From assembly GCA_050949565.1 (NCBI GenBank), contig JBMNFY010000008.1:32001-96000 (forward strand): DNA of 64,000 nt, written 5' to 3'. The notes under the pieces were generated by a model. It made no database searches, was not told the origin of the DNA, and worked only from the letters and a program-made list of their open reading frames with translations. Source of the stretch: Kiritimatiellia bacterium (GTDB taxonomy: Bacteria > Verrucomicrobiota > Kiritimatiellia > RFP12 > UBA1067). Shown here piece by piece: positions 47,753 through 59,094 of this stretch. The stretch's first letter is position 1; the number at the start of each line of letters is the position of its first letter. The translations under genes and the position numbers were made by a program.

Positions 47753-49342
47753 TCAGGGATCATAGAATCCGCAGTACTTCGGTTTCCAGAGTTCATCAAG
47801 CTTCGTCAGTGTGTACGTGAACCAGCCGTCACCAATAGAATCGGCGCCTGTAACAAAGAGATCAACGCGAAAACCATCGGGTCCGCGTGACAACACACGA
47901 TGGACTCGTACGAGCAGTTCTCCGGTCACCAAATCGTGGTGTTTTTCGCAAATCTCGAACGGCACGCCAACGTCGGGCGGAATGAAACCGTCGGGCAATG
48001 AAGACCGAGGAAGGACGATCCGACGTAAAACGGGCGACTTCCCCTGACCGAGGTCACCCAGATACATTCTGGCGTCGGACAGTGCGTGGGTATCTGAAAA
48101 CAAGTGCGCAAGTACAACCTTCAGCGCATCTCCGGCACCGGGGGCATCGTAGTTCAGGAGAGACGGTTGGAACATCGGGACACTTGGCTCGATGATGACC
48201 TCGTCCCGGTAGGTCCACCAATTCCATTTCGAATTGTCTGAGACGACCGACAGCACTTCGGCCACCGTAATGGCCGGTACCGAAAGACGGAATTTCAGTT
48301 CCGGGTTGGTGTGGTTTGACACAGCGCAGACATGGTAGTTCGGCCCGAGTTCCTTCCACTCCGACGGCTTGAATGAATCCCGCAGGTACACGCTGAATTT
48401 GAGCGGCGGGCCACCGGGGTATTGTCGGGCGTATTCAGTCTGGAGAGTTTCCGCAAGGTTGGTGACAGAATTAACCGTGATGTTCAGATTCGTCAACACG
48501 GCTTCGACCGGGGGATAATTCCTTTGGCGTTCGACGTTCTGCGTTCCGCGTTCGGCACTCACCAGTTCCAGCCGGTCGACACCCTGCGTGAAGTTGTCTT
48601 TCTTGGTCTTGGGGTTCGCACCGGTCAAAGTCACGGTCAACACATTCTCACCTTGCACCAACTCCACAATGCCCGCCTGAACCACATGGGTCTCGACCTT
48701 CTCCGCAAAAGCATCGTACGCCGTAATCAGGCGCTTGCCGTTCAGCACGATATCCGCGATACCGTAATCATTCGCGTGCGTCAGGCCCAACGTCGCGCTC
48801 TCATACGTCACCACGCACCGCACAGCATACGGGATCGGCAGGTACAAGTTGTGGCCGCGTTTGAGATAATCCGTATGTTCCGAAACCGATGCCGCCAGCG
48901 GATAGCCGCACAGCACGCTGCCACTGAGCACTTCCAGCACGGGGCCTTCGATTTCCGGTGTGGATCGTCCATCGAGATAAACACGCAATATGCCCGAGCC
49001 ATCAGTGCCGGCTACCGTGACCCAGAAGCGCACCAGCGCCCCAGGCCCCGCAGTGTCCACCATCACATGCTCGCGCCGCACGCCGTTGGTCTCCACACGC
49101 AAAAAATGACTGAAGTCGTTATTCGCATACCAGCCGGGCTGATCCGGCGCGACCAACCCCCGATCGTAGCTGCTGAACTGCCGACTCGTGTAGGTCGGCT
49201 CCGGAAACCGCGCCATCTCTTCGCGGTCTGTCATCTCCGCCAGCAGCGAGCGCACCGTGACCGGACGTTCTGAAGAAAACCACCCCGCCAGCGACGTTCC
49301 AGCCGCCAGCACCAACACCATGCCGATCATTTTCCGTCGCAT
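47753..49342 (-). CDS. Chimeric secreted protein: truncated DUF2961 (GH172-like) N-terminus fused to an unrelated C-terminus
   Basis: QFSSYDR, GWYANND, GPGALVRFWVT, NLYLPIPY; heptamer-encoded junction ERGTQNVERQR; possibly a pseudogene. Confidence 0.6.
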   Translation of the reverse strand: MRRKMIGMVLVLAAGTSLAGWFSSERPVTVRSLLAEMTDREEMARFPEPTYTSRQFSSYDRGLVAPDQPGWYANNDFSHFLRVETNGVRREHVMVDTAGPGALVRFWVTVAGTDGSGILRVYLDGRSTPEIEGPVLEVLSGSVLCGYPLAASVSEHTDYLKRGHNLYLPIPYAVRCVVTYESATLGLTHANDYGIADIVLNGKRLITAYDAFAEKVETHVVQAGIVELVQGENVLTVTLTGANPKTKKDNFTQGVDRLELVSAERGTQNVERQRNYPPVEAVLTNLNITVNSVTNLAETLQTEYARQYPGGPPLKFSVYLRDSFKPSEWKELGPNYHVCAVSNHTNPELKFRLSVPAITVAEVLSVVSDNSKWNWWTYRDEVIIEPSVPMFQPSLLNYDAPGAGDALKVVLAHLFSDTHALSDARMYLGDLGQGKSPVLRRIVLPRSSLPDGFIPPDVGVPFEICEKHHDLVTGELLVRVHRVLSRGPDGFRVDLFVTGADSIGDGWFTYTLTKLDELWKPKYCGFYDP

Positions 49343-49546
49343 CGCCTTCCCCTTCCGCTTCTTTTCGGATGCATTGGCATCTGTAAAACGACCCAGAAAC
49401 ACTCAGGTTCCAATGATGACACCCATTATGCGAGGTGGGGCAAAAAGAGTCAATCTCATGCGCATCAGATACACATTTCGACCGCTGTTTTACTAGACCC
49501 CGAGCCCCCGTCTCCTCTATACTGTCTCCACAAAGGGGGTTTCTGT

Positions 49547-50794
49547 ATGTTGCGTTCTTCAATCAACCGGCGTGGATTCCTGTTGCGCGCCGCTGCGTTC
49601 ACCACCGTCGCCGGCACCACCGTTGGGCGTGCGAACTCGACAGCACCGTCGGCCACCGTCACGTTGGGCGTCATCGGCTGCGGCGGCCGCGCCACGCAAA
49701 TGATACCGGTTTTCCTGAACCAGCCCGGCACCCGCATGCTTGCGGTCTGCGATGCGGTGCGCGAACGGCGCGAACGCGCCAAGGCCACGGTCGACGCTTT
49801 TAACGGCAACACAGACTGCACGGCCTACCGCGACTTCCGTGATCTTCTCGCACGCAAGGACATCGACGCCCTCTATATCGCGACCGGCGACCGCTGGCAC
49901 GCGCGCCTCGCGATCTACGCCATGCAGGCCGGCAAAGACGTCTACTGCGAAAAACCGATCTCGCTCTCCATCCACGAAGGCGAGGCCGTCGTGAAGGCTG
50001 CCGCGCGCTACCACCGCGTGTATCAGGGCGGGGTACAGCGTCGCACCGTCGGCAACTTCATGACCGCCATGTCGCTGGTCAAGAACGGACGCCTCGGCCG
50101 CATCCACACGGTGCACGCCGGCATGGCGGGCATGGGGCGCTCGGCGGCCAACCACTTTCTGCCCGAAGAGAAAATGCCGCCGGTCGACGAGATCGACTGG
50201 GATATGTGGCTCGGCCCCACCCCCTGGCGCCCTTACAACAACGCCTATCTCAAGCGCTGGCACGGCGAATACGACTACCACGGTGACCTCACCGAATGGG
50301 GCAGCCATACCCTCGACCTCTGCCAGATGGCGCTCAACCGCGAACACATCACGCCGGTTCGCTACAAGCCGATCGACGACACCACCGTACATGCCTGGTA
50401 TGCCGACGGCATTCAGGTGGTGATGCGCCAGAAAGGCTTCCGCAATTCATGCGCCGTGCGCTTCGAGGGCGACGAGGGCTGGGTCGAAACCGACGACTCC
50501 GGCGACATCCAAGTTTCCTCCCCCACCTTGTTGGACACCCGCGCCATCCAATCCGAAAGCTGGATGCGTCCGGTGGCCCATCCGGCCGAGTTCATCGCCT
50601 GCGTCAGGTCGCGCCAAACGCCGACCGCACCGGCCGACGCACTGCACATCACGCACGTCGCCTGCCATGCCGCCACGATCGCTTATCACTTGAAGCGTGA
50701 ACTCACCTTTGATCCCGCCGCGCTTGCGTTTGTCAACGATGCCGAGGCCAACCGCCTCATCCACCGTTCAAACCGCGCTCCCTGGTCCATCTAA
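49547..50794 (+). CDS. Tat-exported Gfo/Idh/MocA oxidoreductase
   Basis: NRRGFL, GVIGCGGR, AGKDVYCEKP, DWDMWLGP. Confidence 0.9.
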   Translation: MLRSSINRRGFLLRAAAFTTVAGTTVGRANSTAPSATVTLGVIGCGGRATQMIPVFLNQPGTRMLAVCDAVRERRERAKATVDAFNGNTDCTAYRDFRDLLARKDIDALYIATGDRWHARLAIYAMQAGKDVYCEKPISLSIHEGEAVVKAAARYHRVYQGGVQRRTVGNFMTAMSLVKNGRLGRIHTVHAGMAGMGRSAANHFLPEEKMPPVDEIDWDMWLGPTPWRPYNNAYLKRWHGEYDYHGDLTEWGSHTLDLCQMALNREHITPVRYKPIDDTTVHAWYADGIQVVMRQKGFRNSCAVRFEGDEGWVETDDSGDIQVSSPTLLDTRAIQSESWMRPVAHPAEFIACVRSRQTPTAPADALHITHVACHAATIAYHLKRELTFDPAALAFVNDAEANRLIHRSNRAPWSI

Positions 50795-50813
50795 TCCTGC
50801 ACGAGGTTACACC

Positions 50814-53800
50814 ATGTCCATTGTTGCCCTCACCGCCCGTCTTTTCACACACATGCCGCGCCGCAAGGCTGTCATCCTGCCGCTCTTCGCGGCCGCGCTG
50901 TTCGCAGTGCGTCCGCTCGCCGCCGATGAGGCCGCGCTGCTCCGCCAGCTTGCCGAGGGCACCCCGGCCGAAAAAGACAGCGCGCGCCAAACCCTGCTGG
51001 TCAGCGCCACAGCCGCCGCCATCCCGACGCTCACTGCCCAGCTCGCGCGTCCCGAGACCTTCGATAGCGCCTGCCTGTTGCTGGAAGCCCTCGGCCTGCC
51101 CGAAGCCGATGCCGCCCTGCGCGCCGCGCTCACCACGCTGGATGGTCGCGAACTGGCCGGTGTGATCGCCGCCCTGACCCGCCGTGCAGACACCGCCGCC
51201 GAAACCGCGATTCTTGCGCTGGTCGACCGTCCGCAACCGGTGCGTTCCGCCGCGTTGGCGTACCTCGGCAAACTCGCCACCCCCCGCGCATTGGCTGCGC
51301 TGGCCGCCGCACCGCAAGACGCAATCACGGCCGATGCCATGCTCGTAGCCGCAGAGACGTTGCTCGCACGCGGCGACGAAAAGCAGGCCCTCGCACTCTA
51401 TGCACGGGTCTCGGACGACACCCGTCTGGCGGATCATATCCGGCTGGCCGCCTTTTGTGCACGCGTCACCGCTGACCCCGACCGCGCGCACACGCTGTTG
51501 CCCGCCGCATTGAACCATGCTTCGGCAGTGTGGCGTGGCACTGCCGCCCGCCTCACCGCCCAACTCCCGGACAAGCTACTGAAACGGCGTGGCGAAGACT
51601 TGATGAAAGCACTCGAACCGCAGGGTCGCCTCGCTGTCGTGCAGGCGCTGGTCCATGCCAAGAAACGCGCCGGTGCACCGCTGGTGCGTGCCGCGCTGAA
51701 AGACGGTCTTGATGCGCCCTCCCGGTTGGCAGCCGCCGCCGGACTCGGCGATATCGGCGATGCCGATGACGCGGACGCGCTGATCGCACTGCTCGGCCAG
51801 ACGGACGACGCGCTGGCGGATGCGGCGCGCATGAGCCTAATCAAGCTGGACGACCCCAAGACCGACGCCCGGATCGCGAAAGCGCTTGCGCGGCGCCCGG
51901 CCAACGACGCCGCCCTCACGCGCCTACTGGGCGTCGCGGCCTTCCGCAAAACACCGCGCGCCGCACCGGCCATCGCTGAACACCTCGCGGCCACCGCGCC
52001 AACCGTGCGCACCGCCGCGTTCCAGGCGCTGACCGAACTCGCGACCGACAAACAGATCCCGGCGCTCGTCGCGGCCTTCTGCAAAGCCGTCGATCCCCAA
52101 GAACGGCGCGCCGCTGAAAAGGCGCTCATGGCCTGCGCGCGCCGCGAACCTGACGCGACCACCGCCGCCATTCTGCCGTTGTTCGCCGGAGCCGATGCCG
52201 AACGCCGCAGCAGCCTGTTGCAAGCGACCGGCTTGGCCGGCACGCCTGCCGGGCTGGAGTTGATCCAACGCGCCGTGGACGACAGCGAACGCGCCGTGGC
52301 CGATGACGCCGTGCGCGTACTGGCTAACTGGAAAGAGAAGACCGCCGCCCCCAAGTTGTTGCAATTGGCTAAAACCTATCCCAACACCAGTCTGCGCGTA
52401 ATCGCGCTGCGCGGTTATATCCGGCTGATCGATCAAGAGCAGGACCAAGCTGGTCGCGCCACCATGTTGCGAGAAGCCAGCGCACTGGCCACGCGGACGC
52501 AGGAGAAGGCCCTCGTCGCAGGTGCTTGGCGCACCGTGCCCACCCCCGAGGCGGTCGCCGCGCTCACACCGATGCTGGACGATCCCGCGCTTAAAACCGA
52601 GGCGCTCAAGTCTCTCAAAGTCATCGCACTGCACACCCCCGTGGACGTGCCGGACAAAGCGCCAGGCTCTTTGCTCACACCGCTGACCTTTGTGCCGCGC
52701 CGCATCGGCACCTACCGCTCAGAAGCCTGCTGCGTAGCCGATTTCAACGGTGACGGCAAACTCGACATCGCCGCCGGCCCCTACCTCTACCTCGCCCCCG
52801 ACTGGAAGGCCGTGCGCATCCGCACCGTTTCCAGCAACGTCGGAGAGGATGGCAAAGGCTACGCCGATGACTTCTGCAACCTAGTCGTCGATGTCAACAA
52901 GGACGGCAAGCCCGATATTCTGGCGGCCTGCTGGTTTTCGAAAACCTCCTACTGGTATGAAAACACACTGGGCAGTTCCAAAGAGCTGTGGCCCGAGCAT
53001 GTCATTGACCCGCTGGGCAACCACGAAACCGGCACGCTGGTCGATATCGACGGCGACGGCAAAGCGCTGGAGTTTCTGCCTGATACGGGTGTGACCGTCT
53101 GGTACGAACCGGGCACGCTGACCAACGGCCAGCCCGGCTACGTGCGCCACACGATCTCCATGGACAAGTCGCCGTTCGGCACCGGCGTCGGCGACATCAA
53201 CGGCGACGGACGCCCTGACGTGATCCGGCCCAACGCCTGGTTCGAGGCGCCGAAAGACATCCGTAAGGACACATGGAAGAAGCACCCCATCGCCTTGGGC
53301 GGCAAAGACGGCAAAGTCGAGCACACCGCCAACATCATCGTCTTCGATGTCAACAAAGACGGCCTGAACGACCTCATCACCAGTGTGGCCCACAAGTACG
53401 GCATCTTCTGGTACGAGCAGCAGCGCGATGCATCCGGCACCATCTCTTGGCGTCAGCATCTGATCGACGACACCTGGACGCAGCCGCACTATCTGGCGTT
53501 CGCCGACATCGACAACGACGGCAACAAGGAAGTCATCGTTGGCAAGCGTTTCATGGCCCACAACGGCGGCGACCCCGATGCCTTCGGTAAGCTGTGCGTG
53601 TTCTACTACCGTTTCACTCCCGGCCCGAATCCGGTCTTCCGCAAGCATGTGGTCACCTACGATGAGGGCGTCAGCGCCGGCCTCAACATCGTGCCGGTTG
53701 ACATTGATGGCGATGGCGACATCGACCTCATCACCACCGGCAAATGGGGCGGTCCTGTGATCTACGAGAACCGGATGACCGAGTGGGTTTCCGACGACGA

Positions 53801-54290
53801 ACGCCGGGCCGCACTTGGAGTCAAGCCCACTGTCCCCGAGCCGCTGCCGGTCGACAATCTGGCGCTCGCCTCGCGCGGTGCCAAGGCCTCATCCGACAGC
53901 GAACTGCCCGGCAACACCGGATGCACCGCGCGCCTCAACGACGGCAAACGCAGCACGCACTCCGACTTCCCCGCGACCCGCTGGCACTCTGCGCTCACGC
54001 CGATGCCCCACTGGGCCGAGATCAAACTCGCCAAGCCCGCCGCCGTGCGTCGCGTTATCGCGCATTTTGCCGATCCCAACGGCTATGCCACGGCGTTCGA
54101 GATCCAGGTCAAAAAGGGAGACGCATACACGACCGTCTACAAGACCGACAAAAACCGCGACGGCAAGTCGGTCAACGTCACCTTCGACCCGGTGCAGACC
54201 GACACCGTGCGCTTCGTGTTCAGCGCCAATGCCAACCCCGCCTACCCCAACGCCGCGCAACTCAGCGAACTCGAAGTCTACGCAGAGTGA
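50814..54290 (+). CDS. Secreted HEAT-repeat + FG-GAP/VCBS propeller + discoidin-like protein
   Basis: HEAT helices; DFNGDGKLD, DVNKDGKPD, DINGDGRPD, DIDGDGDID; C-terminal NLA..SS..LNDG..ELEVY. Confidence 0.85.
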   Translation: MSIVALTARLFTHMPRRKAVILPLFAAALFAVRPLAADEAALLRQLAEGTPAEKDSARQTLLVSATAAAIPTLTAQLARPETFDSACLLLEALGLPEADAALRAALTTLDGRELAGVIAALTRRADTAAETAILALVDRPQPVRSAALAYLGKLATPRALAALAAAPQDAITADAMLVAAETLLARGDEKQALALYARVSDDTRLADHIRLAAFCARVTADPDRAHTLLPAALNHASAVWRGTAARLTAQLPDKLLKRRGEDLMKALEPQGRLAVVQALVHAKKRAGAPLVRAALKDGLDAPSRLAAAAGLGDIGDADDADALIALLGQTDDALADAARMSLIKLDDPKTDARIAKALARRPANDAALTRLLGVAAFRKTPRAAPAIAEHLAATAPTVRTAAFQALTELATDKQIPALVAAFCKAVDPQERRAAEKALMACARREPDATTAAILPLFAGADAERRSSLLQATGLAGTPAGLELIQRAVDDSERAVADDAVRVLANWKEKTAAPKLLQLAKTYPNTSLRVIALRGYIRLIDQEQDQAGRATMLREASALATRTQEKALVAGAWRTVPTPEAVAALTPMLDDPALKTEALKSLKVIALHTPVDVPDKAPGSLLTPLTFVPRRIGTYRSEACCVADFNGDGKLDIAAGPYLYLAPDWKAVRIRTVSSNVGEDGKGYADDFCNLVVDVNKDGKPDILAACWFSKTSYWYENTLGSSKELWPEHVIDPLGNHETGTLVDIDGDGKALEFLPDTGVTVWYEPGTLTNGQPGYVRHTISMDKSPFGTGVGDINGDGRPDVIRPNAWFEAPKDIRKDTWKKHPIALGGKDGKVEHTANIIVFDVNKDGLNDLITSVAHKYGIFWYEQQRDASGTISWRQHLIDDTWTQPHYLAFADIDNDGNKEVIVGKRFMAHNGGDPDAFGKLCVFYYRFTPGPNPVFRKHVVTYDEGVSAGLNIVPVDIDGDGDIDLITTGKWGGPVIYENRMTEWVSDDERRAALGVKPTVPEPLPVDNLALASRGAKASSDSELPGNTGCTARLNDGKRSTHSDFPATRWHSALTPMPHWAEIKLAKPAAVRRVIAHFADPNGYATAFEIQVKKGDAYTTVYKTDKNRDGKSVNVTFDPVQTDTVRFVFSANANPAYPNAAQLSELEVYAE

Positions 54291-54314
54291 GTGAGACGGC
54301 GACCCCCTAGCAAA

Positions 54315-54478
54315 CTCAACTGCTGTTTTAGGCTAAACGAACGAGGCTCTTGCTCCCCCGTGGCATGGGCGTCCCGCCCATGAAACACGGGCAAGATGCC
54401 CGTGCCACGACACCTGCAAGTAAACCTAAAAACGGCAGTTGGGCGTACGGATTTTGAGCAAAGCCGCGTAAACATTGG
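54315..54478. repeat. Cluster of MITE ends around a REP doublet
   Basis: CTCAACTGCTGTTTTAGG (54315-54332), GAGGCTCTTGC, REP 54360-54408, and 54425-54478 matching the reverse complement of 47150-47203. Confidence 0.8.
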
Positions 54479-54479
54479 T

Positions 54480-55133
54480 TCAAACCGCGCGGCGGCGCGG
54501 AATGAGCGGGTGGAGCCCATAGATCTCGCGTTCGATCGTCTCGACGACCCGCACGCGCGACGTTTCATCTAATGCCAGCGGCCACGCCATCAGATTGGAC
54601 GGCTCGGTCGCCTTGCCCACGTAGGGCGGCAAGGTCACGGAACGTCCACAGTAGTGGAACCCCAGACGTTGGTAAAAGGAGACACGGCGCGCCGCATAGA
54701 GGTCAGTGCCAAACGGCTCCACGTCGAGCACGACGGGACCGCCTACATGGCACTGCACCGCGCGTAACGCCTGCTGACCGAGACCTGCCGACCGGAACGC
54801 GGCACCAATCGCCACATGCTCGATAAAGCAGAAACCGGGCAACGTCCACATGCCGAGCACGCCCACCACCTCTTGGCCGCGCAGGATGGCGGAAAAGCGG
54901 TAGCGCGGCTGGCGCATCACCTTCAGATGTTCAAACAACGAGCGGCGCTCAAAATCAGCGAACGACTCGGTGTAGATAGACCAGGCTTTTTGAAACATCT
55001 CGCCTTCAGGGGCGAGGTGTGAAGAAAACCACAATCCACCTTGGTGGAGAGGTAGGTCCATTTGACCTACCATCGAGCAGACCTCACAGGGTCTGTCAGA
55101 TGCTGTAATATTCATAGGCTCGCCGCCTCGCAA
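54480..55133 (-). CDS. GNAT acetyltransferase
   Basis: IYTESFADFERR, FIEHVAI..FRSAGLG, VVLDVEP, ARRVSFYQRLGF; start uncertain. Confidence 0.8.
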   Translation of the reverse strand: MRGGEPMNITASDRPCEVCSMVGQMDLPLHQGGLWFSSHLAPEGEMFQKAWSIYTESFADFERRSLFEHLKVMRQPRYRFSAILRGQEVVGVLGMWTLPGFCFIEHVAIGAAFRSAGLGQQALRAVQCHVGGPVVLDVEPFGTDLYAARRVSFYQRLGFHYCGRSVTLPPYVGKATEPSNLMAWPLALDETSRVRVVETIEREIYGLHPLIPRRRAV

Positions 55134-55339
55134 GCGATGCGGCGATTAGCCAACTCACTTCTTCTCGTGTCGGTTTGTATCCGGCGATACGCCGGTACCA
55201 GCAACCGGTATCTCTGGTCAACGACCGTTACGAAACACCTTTCGGTTGCATCACGATGGAGAGTAGTGTACGCCTTCCCCACTGGCTTGACAAGCGGGAA
55301 AAGAAATCAGAAAGCAGAAAGTCAGGGATGGCCGCGGCG

Positions 55340-57423
55340 TCAGCGAAGAAAAATCATGGTGCCATAGTTGTTGATGGCCTCGGGGGTGCCCAAAACAGCG
55401 AACACGGGATCGTACTGCGTCGCGTAGTCCGCCGCCACCCAGTCGACACTCTGCGCGGCCCACTGGAGGCGCATCTCATCAAGCCACCCCCTCCAAGCAT
55501 TGCCTCCACTCACCATTCTTCCGAGACGCAACGGGTTGACGGAGTTCGTCAGCGCGTATCCTCCAGCCTTCACACCGCCCGCCGTCTGACCGTTCACGTA
55601 GAGTTGTGCGTTGCCGTTCTCCATCACGGCGGTAACGTAGACGAACGCCGCGTTACAATCCGCCTGCCCCCGCACGACATTTTGCACGTTGCCACACCCA
55701 ATCACGTTGTAGTTGGTCGTTTCATTCTGAAGCGTCAACTCAAAACCGGGGATATCCGTGTGGTCTGTCTTGCACGAGAAGATACGGCTGTAGTAGGTGC
55801 CTGCGGAGAGAGTTGTCTTCACCCAAGCGGAAAGTGACACGTTGCGTCCCAGCAGATCGGCCCACTTGTCATCCTTCGCCACCTCCACATGGGCCGCCCC
55901 GCCGCTGTAGAAGGCCGTTCCCACAATACCGGCATCCGTGAAAGTGGGCGCTGTGGAAGAGTTCGCCACGGACAGCGCATTCGCCGAGGAGTCCTTGTTC
56001 GAACCGGAGAAGTGCCACACACCCCGATAGCCTGCACTCTTCCACACATCGCCCGCCGAGACCGCCGTCGATGTCTGCCCGCGGTGACGATAGTACAGGA
56101 AAAGCGAAGTGACCGTGCCCGCAAGACGCGGCACCCGCACCCACACGAGCGACTCCCCGTTCGGATTCCACACGTCAATTTCATGCGGAACGAGCCGATC
56201 CTCCGCATCCGCAAAGCGGATGTCGCTGCCATCTGCCGCGCAGTCGTGGTAGAGAGGCGAACCGGCAGGAATACGTACCAGCGCCGGGAAGTTCGCAAGC
56301 GTCTCGACTCCCGCATAACCGGAGAATGTCACGGCAAGACGCCGCCTGAAGTTCTTCACGTCCAATGTCGTTGCGGGCTCCAACTCCTCAAGCGCGCCCA
56401 GAACCGCAAAATTGGGATTGTGCTGCGTCGCATAGTCCGCCGCTACCCATCGGCACTCGATGCAGTCCACCGGAGGCGCACCTCGTCGAGGGTGCCGTTC
56501 CAACACTGGTTACCCCCGGCACGATGCGAATTGCCGCCCACGCCGATTCCCATATCCGCTTGAATCACAGTATACCCCGTATCCACGATGGACGCCTCCA
56601 CGAGCGCCCCGTTTACGTACAGACGTGCGCCGCCGTCGCGGTAGACAGCGGTCAGATGGACGTAATCCTCCGTGAGGCTGGGGACTTCCACTATTTTTTG
56701 TTTGTTGGTTGGGCCACCCATCATCACTTTATTGATGGCATTCTGCATCGTCAGTTCAAAACCCTTTTCCTCAGTATGAACAGACTTGCTGGAGAGGATT
56801 CGCCCATGGCCGACCGCATCGGCCTTCACCCAGGCGGAGTAGGCGAAGTTCGTTCCCTCGAACCCCTCCCAGATGGCCATGGGCGTCATGAAGTATTTCT
56901 TGCCATCACCGTTGAATGCTGTCCCCACCGGTCCCGCCGCCGTGAATCCAGGCGCCGGAGATGAGTTCGTTCCCGTGAATTTGTTGGTGGTGGACTCCGC
57001 GTTGGAACCGGAGAAGTGCCACACCGCATGGTACGACGTCCACACCTCGCCTGACGTACTCTGCAAGGGCGGCAGACCGCCCGAGTAGAGCGTGAGTGTC
57101 GTCGTCAAGCCCGTGAGTTCCGGCACGCGTACCCACACAAACGACTCGCCGTCCGGATTCCATACGTCGATCTCGTGCGGTGCCAGATTGCCAGCGGCAT
57201 CGGCAAAACAGATGTGTCGTCCGTCCGGACTATCCGCGTAGATTTCTGAATTCGCAGGAATGCGCACGAGCGCCGGGAAGTTCGTGAGCGTCTCGGCCCC
57301 CGCATAACCAGAGAACGTCACGGTACAGCGGTGGAGGAAAGTCGAAGTATCCAACTCCACGGACGATGCCGCACCAGCGAATCCGATCGTTGCCAACGCA
57401 CAGGCGAGCCCTAACTTTTTCAT
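55340..57423 (-). pseudogene. Secreted protein with two DUF2341 + LamG modules, 1-nt frameshift at ~56449
   Basis: Module 1 ends LDEVRL..SADG*, while module 2 reads LDEMRL..SVDWVAADYATQ; adding one T restores DWVAADYATQ; C-terminal GTMIFLR. Confidence 0.8.
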
Positions 57424-57468
57424 CACAACCTCCTTCTCCTCTTATCGCTTCTCGGTTACCCCGAGGCA

Positions 57469-58833
57469 TTATTGCTTGCCGAACGCGATGTCGGCGAAAT
57501 CAAGCATCCATAGCCAATCGTATCCTGAAATACCGTGCCCACCGCCGCGCCGCACGTAGCCGAGGTGGGTGCCGATACGGCCGGTGTCGTAGTTGGCCGG
57601 GAAGTCACCCGCCGGCAAGCCGGGAAGCCCGAGGAACTCCCATGCGGGAGAGGCCGCGCGGCAGGCGAGGAACTCGCCCTTCGTATCGAACCATCCCTGA
57701 TTGAATCCCTGTACGAGGATACGGCGCGGCGCGATCGCTGCCACGAGAAGATGCTGGTCGAACTTCATCGCCTGCTCGTTGTCGATGTACTTGCCGTAAG
57801 CCTTGCAGTACCAATGATGGAACATGCTCATCTCGGTGGAGACGTTCTCACCGAAGTCGCGCTTGGCGAGAGGCACGCCGCCGCCACCGGTCTGGTTGGG
57901 AACGCACACGGCGAAGCGTTCATCGCGGACAGCGGCCAGAAGGGCGGTCTTTGCCAAACGAGAACAGCCGGTGGCCACGGACTTCTTCGCATCGATCTCT
58001 GGAATACGTTCGGCAAGGTCAAGCCCGCGCGAAAGCGCCCAGGCCCACGCGCCTAATGCCGTCGTATTATCGTCCTTCGCGGGATCGCGTGGCGGCCACA
58101 GGGTGAAGACGCCGGTGTAAGCCAATTCGCGAGGGGTGCCGCGCTTGACATCGTGCTCCTCCACGTCAGGCGAGATCTGTCCGTAACATGCGCTCATCAC
58201 GGCATATCCGCGGGCGAGGATGGTTTCAAGCGGGCACTGCGACGTCTCATCGGTGTTGCGCAATCTGCCGCGTGATTTTTCTAATTCCGATTTTTGCCAG
58301 ACATGGCCGTCTGCACCACCACTGCGCAACCACATGCCTTCGGCGAGGACGATCTGCGGATCTGTGGCCAGTTCATGGTTCCCGCGGTAGTTGAGGAACA
58401 GCACAACGGGCACCTTCTTCGTATTCTCACAAACGGGGACGTTTCCATCCTTCTTTGCCTTCGTCTCCTGTATGTGGTTCGGCAGAAACACGATCCAATC
58501 AATCACCGGACCGGATTTGTCGTCACGGAACCACATCTTGTACTGGCGGCGAATGCCGAGGCCCGCGAGGGTCTCGCCCTCCTCGATCAGTTCGGTCTTC
58601 ACGACCTCCGGCGGCGGAGGCGGCTGTCCGTACATCTCACGGGCGAAGATGTCCAGTATCTCACGGCGGCGGGCAGGCCACTCCGCCGCCGACGCCAACT
58701 TGCGTCCGTCCGCGAATGTGAGCGGATCCTCCAGCGTGTACGGGGCCACCTTTGCCTCATCATAGTTCGGCGGACGGGCCATGACCATGCCCGCCAACGC
58801 CACTGTACCAGCCACTATCACTCTCTTCATCAT
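57469..58833 (-). CDS. CE15-family (glucuronoyl esterase-like) esterase
   Basis: NYDEAKV..LEDPL, W..RRREI, GAWAWALSR, GCSRLAKTAL, DQHLL. Confidence 0.85.
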   Translation of the reverse strand: MMKRVIVAGTVALAGMVMARPPNYDEAKVAPYTLEDPLTFADGRKLASAAEWPARRREILDIFAREMYGQPPPPPEVVKTELIEEGETLAGLGIRRQYKMWFRDDKSGPVIDWIVFLPNHIQETKAKKDGNVPVCENTKKVPVVLFLNYRGNHELATDPQIVLAEGMWLRSGGADGHVWQKSELEKSRGRLRNTDETSQCPLETILARGYAVMSACYGQISPDVEEHDVKRGTPRELAYTGVFTLWPPRDPAKDDNTTALGAWAWALSRGLDLAERIPEIDAKKSVATGCSRLAKTALLAAVRDERFAVCVPNQTGGGGVPLAKRDFGENVSTEMSMFHHWYCKAYGKYIDNEQAMKFDQHLLVAAIAPRRILVQGFNQGWFDTKGEFLACRAASPAWEFLGLPGLPAGDFPANYDTGRIGTHLGYVRRGGGHGISGYDWLWMLDFADIAFGKQ

Positions 58834-59094
58834 CTTCCCCCTTCGGTCTCGTCGCAGAACGTAAATCAGGCTACGCTCCATCCCGGCCTCATGCGTGCAT
58901 GCGTCCCTTTACCGCAATAACACACAAGGAGTATACTTCACTACGCAGCCATTTTCAAAGCACTAATGAACTAACCAAATCCCTGCTTGAGCCCCGGCCG
59001 TTTCCTGCTATACTCTACGATGTACTAAATGGTGTTTAGCCTACTGCGGGTGGACTGTGTGTCTGCCGCCCGGGGGCCACAAAGAGGGAGAGTC

